Virus record (IMG/VR): IMGVR_UViG_3300029923_000016
From: an uncultured virus (IMG/VR IMGVR_UViG_3300029923_000016)
Lineage: Duplodnaviria > Heunggongvirae > Uroviricota > Caudoviricetes
DNA length: 64,000 bases
Strand: one strand, 5' to 3'
Below the pieces are notes generated by a model. The model did not search any database. It was not told the DNA's origin and was given only the letters and a program-made list of their open reading frames with translations. A program made the position numbers and the translations under genes. This document shows positions 8,837 through 18,702 of the stretch, in pieces (the stretch's first letter is position 1; the number at the start of each line of letters is the position of its first letter).

Positions 8837-11031
8837 AACAACGCTTCCAGTTGCGACATGCGCGCGGAGAGTTGCTGCAGGGCTTTAACTATCACGGGGA
8901 GTAGCGTGCCCGATGCCGCTTCCAGTCTATCGGGGTTTTCTTCCAATACTAATCCCGGTATGACATAGCCCGTCTTTCTCTGTGCTGCTTGTAAATCTTG
9001 AGCAATGAAACCTAGTTCAGGGGTGCCCACTTTACCCCCGTCCCGCATCGCCCAAACAAACCTTACTGGCTGCAAGGCGTCGATGAAATCAAGGCCAGGT
9101 TGAAGGGGGGTGATTTCGCTTTTATCTCGCTTATCGGATAAAGCCGTAATGGTCGTTACCTGACAACGTAACGTTGTAATACTCGCGTTCCCCAAGGTGA
9201 TAGTATTACTGGTCGTCGCGGTTGCCGGCTGGGCGGCATTTCCCAGACAGGTGTTATTACTGCCGGTGGTAATAGAGCTGCCTGCGGTGGCACCTATTGC
9301 TGTATTGGTCGTACCCGTTGTATTTGCTAAGAGCGTATTGACGCCGACTGCCGTATTACTGCTGGTTGTACAGGCATTTAGGGCATTAGCGCCTATCGCC
9401 GTATTACTAGCCCCCGATACATTGGCAGCCAGCGTCGAGGCACCCACCGCCGTGTTGCTGCTGCCGGAGGTGTTGGCTCCCAACGCATTTAAGCCTACTG
9501 CGGTGTTGCTGCCCCCGGTCGTGTTGGCGACCAACGCCGAAGAGCCCACCGCCGTATTGTAATTGCCCGTAGAAAGCGTAAGTGCCTGATGGCCTACTGC
9601 GGTATTATTAATGCCCGATACATTAGTGGTTAGTGCCGAACGCCCTACAGCAACATTAGCCGTGCCTGTCGTATTGTTATTCAGTGCCCCATAACCCACT
9701 GCGACATTAGCGGCACCTATCGTGTTGGCAGACAGTGCGGATGCGCCTAGCGCAGTATTGCCAGAACCTGTGGTATTAGAGGCTAATGTTGATGACCCTA
9801 AAGCGGTATTGGAATCACCGCCACTATTGGCCGCCAGCGCAGACGTCCCGACAGCGGTGTTGCTATTTCCATTGGTACTGGCCGCCAGCGCCAAATAACC
9901 CACCGCCACATTCTCGCTACCCGTGATGTTGGCGGTTAATGCCGAAGGGCCAATGGCAATATTGTAATTTCCCAAGGTATTGGCACGCAGGGCTAACGTC
10001 CCCACAGACACGTTATTACTGCCTACCGTATTAGACTGCAGCGCTTCGTCACCGAGCGCCGTATTATTGATACCTTCGGTATTTAATTGCAACGCAAAGT
10101 GGCCTACTGCGGTATTATCGGAGCCCGTTGTATTTGTCGTAAGCGCACCAAAACCAATAGCGACATTGTCTACACCGGTGGTGTTCGCCTGCATGGCTGC
10201 ATGCCCGATAGCAACATTACCATCACCCACCGTATTTGCGTCCAGCGCATTAGTCCCTATGGCAATGTTATAGCCGCCAATACTATTGGACGTCATTGCC
10301 GATGTGCCCAACGCAATGTTGTACACGCCTACGGTGTTATTGGCCAACGCCTGATACCCCAGCGCAATATTGGACAGCCCTGTCGTATTAGAGGCTAAAG
10401 CTGACGCGCCAATAGCGACGTTATAATTACCTGTCGTACTGTTTGCCAATGCCAGCTCGCCTATCGCTACATTACGAACGCCCACCGTATTCGCCGATAG
10501 CGCATAGGCACCCAGCGCAACATTAGAGCTGCCTGTAGTATTAAGCAATAGCGCACTAAAGCCTACGGCCGTATTAAAATCGCCGTAAGTGTTAGCGTTT
10601 AACGCCGCATACCCCAAAGCCGTGTTCGTAGAGCCTGTGGTATTCGCGACCAACGCACCGACGCCCAACGCCGTATTGGTACTGACCGTGCCACCGCCCA
10701 TACCTACAGGAATGGCCACAATCGGGGCAATATCCGCAGGCAAAGTACAAAAGATATCTTTAGGCCCGGGTAAAAAACTAACTAGGGTATTAGCGTTGGA
10801 GGACGCCAGTATAGTGGTCCGCTCCAAGGTCGGTGGCAGCGTGGCGTTATACGTACCCACGCCCACTTCCCAGCTGTCGTTCGGTACATCGGCAATCACG
10901 TACCACGTAGTATTGCCGTCACCGACCACACTAAAGTCCTGAAAGCCCGACGGCGCGCCCAGCAGCGTGATGACGTTAAGTCCTTCAACGGTGGAATTTT
11001 CTCTTATCCTGTTGCCTATGACTAAGCTCAT
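8833..11031 (-). CDS. Tail fibre/spike with ~14-aa NTAVG..AL..NT.G repeats and C-terminal peptidase S74 intramolecular chaperone
   Basis: Dozens of tandem repeats; SDKRDK...LQPVRF.W...GFIAQD chaperone motif. Confidence 0.85.
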   Translation of the reverse strand: MSLVIGNRIRENSTVEGLNVITLLGAPSGFQDFSVVGDGNTTWYVIADVPNDSWEVGVGTYNATLPPTLERTTILASSNANTLVSFLPGPKDIFCTLPADIAPIVAIPVGMGGGTVSTNTALGVGALVANTTGSTNTALGYAALNANTYGDFNTAVGFSALLLNTTGSSNVALGAYALSANTVGVRNVAIGELALANSTTGNYNVAIGASALASNTTGLSNIALGYQALANNTVGVYNIALGTSAMTSNSIGGYNIAIGTNALDANTVGDGNVAIGHAAMQANTTGVDNVAIGFGALTTNTTGSDNTAVGHFALQLNTEGINNTALGDEALQSNTVGSNNVSVGTLALRANTLGNYNIAIGPSALTANITGSENVAVGYLALAASTNGNSNTAVGTSALAANSGGDSNTALGSSTLASNTTGSGNTALGASALSANTIGAANVAVGYGALNNNTTGTANVAVGRSALTTNVSGINNTAVGHQALTLSTGNYNTAVGSSALVANTTGGSNTAVGLNALGANTSGSSNTAVGASTLAANVSGASNTAIGANALNACTTSSNTAVGVNTLLANTTGTTNTAIGATAGSSITTGSNNTCLGNAAQPATATTSNTITLGNASITTLRCQVTTITALSDKRDKSEITPLQPGLDFIDALQPVRFVWAMRDGGKVGTPELGFIAQDLQAAQRKTGYVIPGLVLEENPDRLEAASGTLLPVIVKALQQLSARMSQLEALL

Positions 11032-11453
11032 GACACGGTGTCCCTAATAACGGCGGTAGTATAAGTGGCCGGCGGGAACCACACGGGGAAATCCCCTGAG
11101 GCAAGCTTGTCTGCACCGAAGTCCAGCACAGCCACGGCGGCGTCTGTTGTAAAATTATAAATAAGGGCGCCGCGAGTAATGAAGTCGGCGCCCGTCCAAA
11201 GCACATTTTGGAAGGAGAGAAAGGCAACGCCGTTATCTACTACCGGCGGAATCGGGGTGAGGCGCAGACCGCCTGCCGTATAGCCGGGGCCGGTCACTTC
11301 GTTAGTCGACGTGTAAATCAAAGTATCCGGACCCAAGTCAGCATTGGCGTTGTAAAGCGCCATGTAATACTGGTACGGGCTTAACAGTGAAAAGTCTTCA
11401 GCACCTAAGAGCTTGTTGAGCAGGAAAATGTTACATTGGCCCTGGATAAGCAT
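11028..11453 (-). CDS. Virion structural protein
   Basis: ALY...TNEVTGPGYTAGG...RGALIYN...AVLDFGADK. Confidence 0.65.
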   Translation of the reverse strand: MLIQGQCNIFLLNKLLGAEDFSLLSPYQYYMALYNANADLGPDTLIYTSTNEVTGPGYTAGGLRLTPIPPVVDNGVAFLSFQNVLWTGADFITRGALIYNFTTDAAVAVLDFGADKLASGDFPVWFPPATYTTAVIRDTVS

Positions 11454-11456
11454 CGG

Positions 11457-12125
11457 TTATACCTGATTAAACGGAATTTTCTTTTGGCCTTCCCGATAGG
11501 CATCGCCGCGTTCCAGGCCTGCGCACAGACGAATGAACTGCGTCATCGCTTCGGAATACTTCTGTTCATAGTAGCCGACCATATCGGCCTCGGCTTTCAT
11601 GAATAGATTAGCCACTCGAATAGCGCCATAAAGTAACACGTTAGGAAAAGAGTCTGATAACCAAGTACGGCCCGTAGCCGCCACGGTAATGCTCTCAGGA
11701 TTATAATTGTAATGGAGTTCAACTTCATAGCTAGCGTCCGGGGTGGGGGCGGTAATCAAAGTCAACTCGTTCAAGTCCAAGATGGACGGTCCAAATAGCG
11801 CATAAAATTTAGGTTGCCCATACACCGACGGGTTCGGATAGGCCTCACGCATAAAACTCACGTCTTTGTTCAATAAATAACTGTACACGCCCGCCGCATC
11901 AACCACCGCCAGTGAATAGACACTCAAGAAGTCCAACGGGCAGCTCAAGTATTTGTTGTGCGCCGTCAAGTGCCCCGTGACATTACGCCGCAGTGTCGGG
12001 ATATTGACGGAGTTATATATTTCAAGTTCTGCGGTCGTGATAAACATCGGGATATTCGAGACAAACAGCGCCTCGGTGTTCTCTAAGAGGTCTTGAATAG
12101 CCTGAGAAATCTCGGTGTAATTCAT
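11457..12125 (-). CDS. Head-tail adaptor / tail tubular protein
   Basis: 222 aa; PKFYA...APTPD..YEVELHY...TWLS...VLLYG. Confidence 0.7.
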   Translation of the reverse strand: MNYTEISQAIQDLLENTEALFVSNIPMFITTAELEIYNSVNIPTLRRNVTGHLTAHNKYLSCPLDFLSVYSLAVVDAAGVYSYLLNKDVSFMREAYPNPSVYGQPKFYALFGPSILDLNELTLITAPTPDASYEVELHYNYNPESITVAATGRTWLSDSFPNVLLYGAIRVANLFMKAEADMVGYYEQKYSEAMTQFIRLCAGLERGDAYREGQKKIPFNQV

Positions 12126-12128
12126 GGC

Positions 12129-12281
12129 TTAACCTAGCGGTCCTCGCACCATTTTGCCCTTCGTAGCTGCGCCATAACCGCGCATCATGATACCACTGGT
12201 CTTCGGGTTGTCCTTCACCGCATTAGGCGGGTTCGGGACTGTTTTAGCCGTACCCGCTTGTTTGCCTTTTTTCTCTGCCAT
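12129..12281 (-). CDS. Small basic protein
   Basis: MAEKKGK...KTSGIMMRGYGAATKGKMVRGPLG with GGAG RBS. Confidence 0.6.
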   Translation of the reverse strand: MAEKKGKQAGTAKTVPNPPNAVKDNPKTSGIMMRGYGAATKGKMVRGPLG

Positions 12282-12290
12282 CATCTTCTC

Positions 12291-12410
12291 CTAACTAAAA
12301 TAACTGGCGGCCAATAACACCAGCATCGCCAGTCCTACTGCCGTATAAAGCACCCGTAGCCGCCGGGTGTCGTCCTTGCGAATCTCTATTTCGTCGTCAC
12401 CTAAAAACAT
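12291..12410 (-). CDS. Small single-TM protein
   Basis: MFLGDDEIEIRKDDTRRLRVLYTAVGLAMLVLLAASYFS. Confidence 0.45.
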   Translation of the reverse strand: MFLGDDEIEIRKDDTRRLRVLYTAVGLAMLVLLAASYFS

Positions 12411-12577
12411 TACAGCTTGTCCGGTAAAGTGACCCCTAAAGCGCCTGCGACTGCGCCGCCAATAGCCCACACGGTCTCGGGATTAGTCCCCATCGCCGGT
12501 GCGAAAATACTCAAGATGCTGGTGAGTATCCAGACGATGCCCCGCTTGGTGCTGGGCTCGGTCCAATTAACGTTCAT
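12410..12577 (-). CDS. Putative holin (2 TM)
   Basis: MNVNWTEPSTKRGIVWIL...AIGGAVAGALGVTLPDKL; EPST.RG holin-like motif. Confidence 0.55.
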   Translation of the reverse strand: MNVNWTEPSTKRGIVWILTSILSIFAPAMGTNPETVWAIGGAVAGALGVTLPDKL

Positions 12578-12762
12578 TAGCCTGCCCTCTGATTATTTCT
12601 ACGCGCCACCCCTCTGCCGACCTTTTTCATATCAAGGGATGATACACCAGACGTCGTTAAACCGCCAGACTCTGCGGCGACTACGCGGCTGCCGCTGCCT
12701 ATCATCTTGCCTTTTGTGTGGCCCTTCTTGGCTACACCATCAATTCCACTTTTACTCATCAC
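12577..12762 (-). CDS. Small basic hypothetical protein
   Basis: Shares GIDGVA.KG.T.GK.I with 13971..14198. Confidence 0.55.
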   Translation of the reverse strand: MMSKSGIDGVAKKGHTKGKMIGSGSRVVAAESGGLTTSGVSSLDMKKVGRGVARRNNQRAG

Positions 12763-12769
12763 ACTTCTC

Positions 12770-13162
12770 CTAACCTGCTAATACTGATGCTACGGACCCG
12801 ACGCTAATTAAGGCATTGGGTGTTAATACGGTGTCGAACTGGGACGCGCCGCCGACTGGACTGAAGCCCCACTGGAATATGCGATATCCTGAACTTGGGT
12901 AGCCATACACATTAACCCCGGCTTCATAGCGTCCAAGGTCGGGGCGGGGATTGCGTAAGCCCTGTGGGTCATAGACAGGCCGCTCCCCAAGCCGAAGCTG
13001 CGGGTGACTGGGCTCCCAATCACTTTTGCAGACAAGGATTTGCGTCAGCGTATTTTTAATCATAATACGCTTTAAATCTTTTAACTTAAAGCGTTGTCCA
13101 CACCTATCGCAGAGTCCCCAAGCCTGCTTACCTTCGGCGTATTTAACAGCCACTGCGCCCAC
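12770..13162 (-). CDS. Hypothetical protein with zinc ribbon
   Basis: CDRCG...C; PQL.LG..PVYDPQGLRNPRPD. Confidence 0.65.
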   Translation of the reverse strand: MGAVAVKYAEGKQAWGLCDRCGQRFKLKDLKRIMIKNTLTQILVCKSDWEPSHPQLRLGERPVYDPQGLRNPRPDLGRYEAGVNVYGYPSSGYRIFQWGFSPVGGASQFDTVLTPNALISVGSVASVLAG

Positions 13163-13877
13163 CGAATATTTGCGGTGTTAGGTGCAAAGAAGCCTTTTCG
13201 CGGTCTTCATTCATCGCATTTTTCAGCTGCTCGTCGTAATCCGCCTTAAGGAACATCATCCGCTGTGGGTCCATCCCTTGTATCTTGGGGGCGATGTAAT
13301 AGGCCAAGCCTGATATCAGCGCAGGCAAGAACCGGAAAGGGATGTCCTGGACATTGGATGCGTCCCCAGGATTTTGTAAGCGTCTCAGCCGCCAGTAAAT
13401 CAAAGTGTATTGTCCATCAGGCGGACTGGCCGTCGGCCAAATATTAATCGTTGGGTACGCCACGCCCGTGGTCGGGTAGTTGGCGCCACTCTGACGATTT
13501 ATCCAAATTTGAATCGGTTTGCCCTGCGCGTTTTTGTTGGGCAACGCGGCATAGGTAGAAGATGATATGCGCGTGATGGTGATGTCTTGCTGGTTCTGAC
13601 CTGTTCCCGTTCTGATAACATGGTCAAGCAAATCGACAGTATCTACAGGCAGCGAGTAAGTTATCTGCCCGGTGACTAACGGGATGGTACCGGACTCCAA
13701 GGTCCACAAATTAATCCCGAGGTTGCTCCAAGCAGCGAGGAGGAGCTGCAAACTTCTACGTGCTGATTTGAAATCCCAGCCGCTGCGTAGCTCTGAGGAA
13801 CATCTGGCCATTGCCTCTTCAACTATGTCAGCAAGGTCAAAATTGCCATCACTTAGTCCGCTTGTTTGCTCAGTCAT
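13143..13877 (-). CDS. Tail tubular A / adaptor-like protein
   Basis: ARRSL.LL...W.N.GINLWT, G.PIQIWI.R, DIPFRFLPALISGLAYY. Confidence 0.7.
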   Translation of the reverse strand: MTEQTSGLSDGNFDLADIVEEAMARCSSELRSGWDFKSARRSLQLLLAAWSNLGINLWTLESGTIPLVTGQITYSLPVDTVDLLDHVIRTGTGQNQQDITITRISSSTYAALPNKNAQGKPIQIWINRQSGANYPTTGVAYPTINIWPTASPPDGQYTLIYWRLRRLQNPGDASNVQDIPFRFLPALISGLAYYIAPKIQGMDPQRMMFLKADYDEQLKNAMNEDREKASLHLTPQIFGGRSGC

Positions 13878-13970
13878 CGCTTTAGCTCGCGCTCAGTGCC
13901 GTTAAACACCGGCGGCAACTTGGTCACCGGTACGGGGTTAGACTTGTGCTTGTGGTGCTTGTTAGGCTTC

Positions 13971-14198
13971 TTAGATGATTTTCCCACGGGTTTTTCCTTT
14001 CGTGGCAACGCCATCAATACCGCCGCCCTTCGCTTTCTTGACCTTACCCCCACAGGCGAACCTGCTTTTTGAAGCTGCTTCGCCCGGCTCGGACTTCTCC
14101 TTTTTAGCATAGGCCGCTTTGGACTTTACCGATTTCTTTTCGGCTTTTTCTTCCGCTTTGGATTCGGCGCCGCCGAATAATTTAAATTTTTTGCTCAT
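13971..14198 (-). CDS. Small Lys-rich protein
   Basis: MSKKFKLFGG...GGGIDGVATKGKTRGKII. Confidence 0.55.
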   Translation of the reverse strand: MSKKFKLFGGAESKAEEKAEKKSVKSKAAYAKKEKSEPGEAASKSRFACGGKVKKAKGGGIDGVATKGKTRGKII

Positions 14199-14199
14199 T

Positions 14200-14595
14200 T
14201 TAGTGTCCCCCACCCATTAACATTTTTATTTGTTCTTCGACCGTTTCGTTGATGTCTTCTTGTCTTTTGATAAACTGCGCCGCATCGTTATGGTGAATCA
14301 ATACCGAATCGCGGAGTGTTGTGTATTCTGTGTAGCCCCAGACAAACAGCCCGGCAATACAGCCGCTTAATACACTGACAATCATGGCGAACCATTGCCA
14401 TGAGTTCAGGGCTTTAATGACCATCGTTTCGTGGCTGTCCAGCTTGGCGCGTATATCTTTTTGTGTCGCTTCCTGCTTTTCTGCGTAATCGTCAAAACGC
14501 TGAATAATGGCACTTACCCGTTCAGTCAGCGTATAAACCAAACCCATTGCAGCCCGGTCGTCTGCCCTGCGTTGTGGGTAATCGTCGTTATTCAT
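14200..14595 (-). CDS. Membrane protein (coiled coil plus 1 TM), possibly lysis-related
   Basis: RRADD N-terminus; WQWFAMIVSVLSGCIAGLFVWGY TM segment. Confidence 0.55.
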   Translation of the reverse strand: MNNDDYPQRRADDRAAMGLVYTLTERVSAIIQRFDDYAEKQEATQKDIRAKLDSHETMVIKALNSWQWFAMIVSVLSGCIAGLFVWGYTEYTTLRDSVLIHHNDAAQFIKRQEDINETVEEQIKMLMGGGH

Positions 14596-15983
14596 AAGCC
14601 ACCCGCGTAAGACTCTCGATTGGCGCCAGATTTCTGGATAATACGTGTTTTTAAAGCATCATTAGCAGGCTCAATATCTGCTGTGTAGGTAATTCTATTC
14701 ATCGGAAATAATCCATATTGAGTGACTTTTGCCCCGTTCAATAAATAATGGCCTTCTGACTTTATCCCCAGTGCTGTATCTGTTGGAAAATAATAATCTC
14801 TATTATTTGTTATCTGTTTAGTACCTGAGCCAATGGGCTCATAAATATTCCCTTGCCCGTAATAAGCAGCGCCTTGGTTAATCGTAACAGGGGCTTCGCT
14901 CCAAGCGGCTGTCGCATAACTGTTCCATTCGTGGATAGTTGAACCTTTGGAATGCGCCCTTGGGTTGCGTGTTGTGCAATTATCCCAAAAATTGTGGTGC
15001 ATACTGATTCTGGTAAATACTGTTAATTTGTTACCTGTGTTGTGCGTTTCGCTGCCGGTACTAAAACCTCGGCTATTGGGCGCTTTAAAACGGTTCCAGC
15101 TGATTGTTATGCCAGTCAGCCCTTGGGTTGTCGCATCAAGTCCCGTACTTGAGTTGTTATATACGGCAATCGGTTGGCCTGATGTGCTGCCAGAAGACTG
15201 CCCACTGAACGTACAATGATCCACCCAAACATTATAAGAGCCGTAGGATATGAATATTGCGCTGCCATTCGGGATATTATCTTTAAACGTGATGTTCTTG
15301 ATAATAATATTATTTTTGCCAGCCGTACCGATTGACGCTCTTGTTATAGTTATATTTGCGCCTGCTCCATCAAGCGTAACATCACCATTTTTCAAGTACA
15401 TATAGGGGGATGACGAAGAAGCAGGAGGCATTGATAGTGTTGCCGTTAATCCTGGCTTGAAAGTAATTACACGTTTCCCTGGCCTGTTAAGATAATCATA
15501 AAGTGAGCCTGCGCCGCTATTAGCGCCTGTTGTTACAACATAATGAGTTCCACCTGCGCCTCCGGTAACGCCTGCTACGGCTGCAAAGCCTTGTAGTTCT
15601 GAAGTAGCTGGTGGTACGATTGGCGATTCTACCGTTATAATCTTGGTTAATCGGTTATTGGCTTCATCAGACTCGGCAATCCGATTCATATTATCGGCAA
15701 AAGCGGTAACAACATAATTCCCGCTGGTTAATGGCTTGGCTGTTGTCGAGCTCAATGTCATTGTTGCGCCAGGCGCAATAGAGCCCATAACTTTTCCGTA
15801 ACTATGTTCTACCCCAACGATAAGGAATGAAACACTGATATAGGTCTTGGGTGTTGCCGTGGTGCCTTGATTTTTGAGTATGCTGGTAAACTTGCCATTG
15901 GCATAATCCAATGACGTAACGACAATATCAGGGTCGGCAAATGCCTGGAATGAGAGTAACAGTAAGGCTATTATTTTCCACAT
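14592..15983 (-). CDS. Secreted CARDB + pectate-lyase-like (PL1) beta-helix protein
   Basis: Signal peptide; PDIVV...IAESDEANN CARDB motif; GFA..VTGGAGG, NVWVDHCTF and RNPR PL1 motifs. Confidence 0.78.
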   Translation of the reverse strand: MWKIIALLLLSFQAFADPDIVVTSLDYANGKFTSILKNQGTTATPKTYISVSFLIVGVEHSYGKVMGSIAPGATMTLSSTTAKPLTSGNYVVTAFADNMNRIAESDEANNRLTKIITVESPIVPPATSELQGFAAVAGVTGGAGGTHYVVTTGANSGAGSLYDYLNRPGKRVITFKPGLTATLSMPPASSSSPYMYLKNGDVTLDGAGANITITRASIGTAGKNNIIIKNITFKDNIPNGSAIFISYGSYNVWVDHCTFSGQSSGSTSGQPIAVYNNSSTGLDATTQGLTGITISWNRFKAPNSRGFSTGSETHNTGNKLTVFTRISMHHNFWDNCTTRNPRAHSKGSTIHEWNSYATAAWSEAPVTINQGAAYYGQGNIYEPIGSGTKQITNNRDYYFPTDTALGIKSEGHYLLNGAKVTQYGLFPMNRITYTADIEPANDALKTRIIQKSGANRESYAGGL

Positions 15984-16330
15984 AGCAGCATGGCCTTATC
16001 ATAAGCCTGTCTGGGACTTAAGCCCCGGTAATGGGTATCACTGTACGGCCCAGACGTTAAGCCCGAATTGACTGAATAGAGTAATGGGGCATTAGCACAG
16101 CCATTAGTTATCGTGCAGTTTACGTATTTATCCCATTCCAGTGTTTCATGCAGTTGGTATTGCACATTAGACATAGCTTGGCCGGCATCTTCCCAAGCGA
16201 GTTGTTCACAGTCTTTAGGTGCCGCCCCACAATCGGTAATCAGTACCAGAAGGATGAAAGGCAGGACAAAGACAACCAGAAAGGTGGCCTTTATAGAGTC
16301 CAGTATTAGTTCAAATGTTTTCATCATCAA
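15971..16330 (-). CDS. Hypothetical membrane-anchored protein
   Basis: N-terminal TM, Cys-containing ectodomain. Confidence 0.5.
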   Translation of the reverse strand: MMMKTFELILDSIKATFLVVFVLPFILLVLITDCGAAPKDCEQLAWEDAGQAMSNVQYQLHETLEWDKYVNCTITNGCANAPLLYSVNSGLTSGPYSDTHYRGLSPRQAYDKAMLLCGK

Positions 16331-16452
16331 CCACCTCTATAATTATCATGTAGCAGCCAGAATCAACAGATACAAACCACCCAACTACTAGAGGTACAAG
16401 TACCACTAAAAGAACTATGCCAAACAAAATCCAAGCTATTATTTCAAACATA

Positions 16453-16884
16453 TCAATATATCCAGTTAACGTCTGACGTTCCTACGACTACATAAGCCGC
16501 CGTGACGTGTGTTTGTGCCATCATCGCATCGAATTTATCCGCATTATCCAAGTCTATGCCACTGGGTTTGGCAAAATATTCACGGGGATGGTTATGTGCC
16601 AGAATCACCTGATTGCATTTCAATACAGCGCAGTCGATTACGATTTTTAATCCGTTTGTAGCCACGTCAGTACGGCTGCCTTCAGCGACAACCTCATCGC
16701 CTAGGTATCTGTCATCTCGGTAGTAAATGGCGCGTGACTGTTCGTTTAAGACATTTTTATACTGGGTTAGTAAATAATAGTTAACCGTCTCTTTGTTAAA
16801 GCGAGCGGGTAGCGTAGTCACCGGCTTATAGGTGTCGTACTGTGCCGTGCAGCTAGCTAAAAGAAAGAGAACTAAAAGCCTCAT
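16453..16884 (-). CDS. Lipoprotein with JAB/RadC-like metallo-motif
   Basis: Lipobox LLASC; ILAHNHP....KPSGID. Confidence 0.65.
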   Translation of the reverse strand: MRLLVLFLLASCTAQYDTYKPVTTLPARFNKETVNYYLLTQYKNVLNEQSRAIYYRDDRYLGDEVVAEGSRTDVATNGLKIVIDCAVLKCNQVILAHNHPREYFAKPSGIDLDNADKFDAMMAQTHVTAAYVVVGTSDVNWIY

Positions 16885-18365
16885 GTCAACATCCCGACAA
16901 TAGTTGCTGTGGGCAACGCTGAAGCATAGTAAGTAAAATTGCTGATATTAACCAGCCCGCCATTAAGCAGTAGGATAGTCGTTGGAACGGCGATGCCGGT
17001 ATACTCCGTTGGCGTTGCGCCACCTGCTGCCGTGTACAAATACGTGCTGCCATCCGTTACTGCATTGTTATATTGCAGCGCATACGTCCCTGCAGTCGGT
17101 AAAGTAAGGTTAAATGTACCAAAGGGGCTAGGCGTTCTGAACGCCTGCCCAGAAGCGGTAATGACAAACGTGCCTTGCTGGGTGTTGTACCAGCTTAAGC
17201 CTGCGCCCGTGAAACTGGCTACATCGGCTGCACGCGCCGTATTATTCGGTATGAAGCTAGACATAGAAGCACCCGCTTCAAACTGCCCGTTGGTATTAGT
17301 CCCTGCAAAGGTGAGCGTCAACGTGCCAGCGGTTGCGGTAACAGTTAGAGATACTCGTGTCGTTGCGCCTGTGCCGGTTAATGTGCCGGTTGCTGTTCCC
17401 GATAGCGTACAAGTGCCAGTTCCCCACATTGAAACCGTGTAAGTCTGTGCGGTTGTGGTGATGTTCTGTGTTGCGGGTGTAGCAGGTATTAGCAGTAAAT
17501 TCGTCCGCGCTTCTTCGGCCAGCAGGGTGATGGTATTGATTAGCGGTGTGCCTGCGGCTTCGGTGACGACGTTAGATGCAACCGTATTGCCATTAGTCGT
17601 TGTGAAATACTTAACGCCATCAACGCCTGCGCCGTGATATGGGTAGCTCAGAACGCCGATTGAGACGTCTGCACTTGGGTTCTGATTGGATTGGCCTGTT
17701 ACGTTTTCGACTAATGGGCTCCATATTTCTATTTTGTCACCAGAAACAGCGACATCAATACCTACATAACACGACGTACTTGCGGCTGTTGATTTTATAG
17801 AAAATCGTTTCCACGTTGAACTGAGTGCTGACGTTATATCTGCACTTGAGTTGCCCTGATAGTTGAATAAATTAACTGCACCTGTCCCTGTATTTCTGCG
17901 TAACCAAAATGCACTAACAATAGTTGCACCGCTTGGCACGGTTAGTAACTTAAAAAATTGTCCATGTGCTCCAGTTGCGGTAAATACCCAGGCTGTCGTT
18001 GTTCCATCTGGTGCGATTGCGGTCTGTGCCGAAGTAATGGAAGACAGTGCCCATCCAGCGGCGGCTGTCAATGTAGCAGAATTAGGTACTAAATTCTCAA
18101 CCCGCCGAGCCCCCGGAAAGCGCACCTCGTTAACTTTAGCTGTCTTAACAAGCCCTTCAAAGTCAACCACTGTGCCTGTCGTGCTGCGCGTAAACGTCAG
18201 CCGTGAGTCTATCTGGGGTGTGGTCGCGTAGTTATACGCGAGTGCAGTCGAATTGTACTGTACCACTTCACCTGACCCGCCCAGGCCGCCGGGCGCGTAG
18301 ACATTAAGCGCCGTGCCTTGGGTGGTGTTGGCGTAGTTGGCGACGCCGGAGTTGCCGATGGGCAT
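16881..18365 (-). CDS. Head fibre/spike-like structural protein
   Basis: LTFTRSTTGT, LLAEEARTNLL, QFEAG..SSFIP..TARAAD motifs. Confidence 0.7.
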   Translation of the reverse strand: MPIGNSGVANYANTTQGTALNVYAPGGLGGSGEVVQYNSTALAYNYATTPQIDSRLTFTRSTTGTVVDFEGLVKTAKVNEVRFPGARRVENLVPNSATLTAAAGWALSSITSAQTAIAPDGTTTAWVFTATGAHGQFFKLLTVPSGATIVSAFWLRRNTGTGAVNLFNYQGNSSADITSALSSTWKRFSIKSTAASTSCYVGIDVAVSGDKIEIWSPLVENVTGQSNQNPSADVSIGVLSYPYHGAGVDGVKYFTTTNGNTVASNVVTEAAGTPLINTITLLAEEARTNLLLIPATPATQNITTTAQTYTVSMWGTGTCTLSGTATGTLTGTGATTRVSLTVTATAGTLTLTFAGTNTNGQFEAGASMSSFIPNNTARAADVASFTGAGLSWYNTQQGTFVITASGQAFRTPSPFGTFNLTLPTAGTYALQYNNAVTDGSTYLYTAAGGATPTEYTGIAVPTTILLLNGGLVNISNFTYYASALPTATIVGMLT

Positions 18366-18366
18366 G

Positions 18367-18693
18367 TTAGCCGCCTACCACGCCGGACTGAATAACGACA
18401 GCATCGACTGAACCTGTTCCTGCGGTAATATTAAAACGTATGGCGGCAACGGGGAATGCATAGTTGCCGTCTTGCGTAGTCGATACCCCGACGACGGTCG
18501 GATGGTTGAACCAATTACCGCTGGCTGCGACATACGTCGAAGCAAACACATCATCAAAGGTGTGCTGAACGGAGTAGGTAGCCGTACCGGTGACAACCGC
18601 ACCAAACCCGACATTGAACGGGCTGATATAGGTGTCCATGACAATCGGAGGTGATACGGCAACCCCGACGACTTTAGCTGTCTGGCGTCTCAT
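18367..18693 (-). CDS. Virion structural protein
   Basis: Beta-rich 108 aa in the head module. Confidence 0.6.
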   Translation of the reverse strand: MRRQTAKVVGVAVSPPIVMDTYISPFNVGFGAVVTGTATYSVQHTFDDVFASTYVAASGNWFNHPTVVGVSTTQDGNYAFPVAAIRFNITAGTGSVDAVVIQSGVVGG

Positions 18694-18702
18694 GACAGCT
18701 CC

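Noticed and set aside
9197..10942. Long + strand ORFs opposite the tail fibre and other structural genes
   Set aside because: They are antisense shadows of repetitive coding sequence, with no RBS or motifs.
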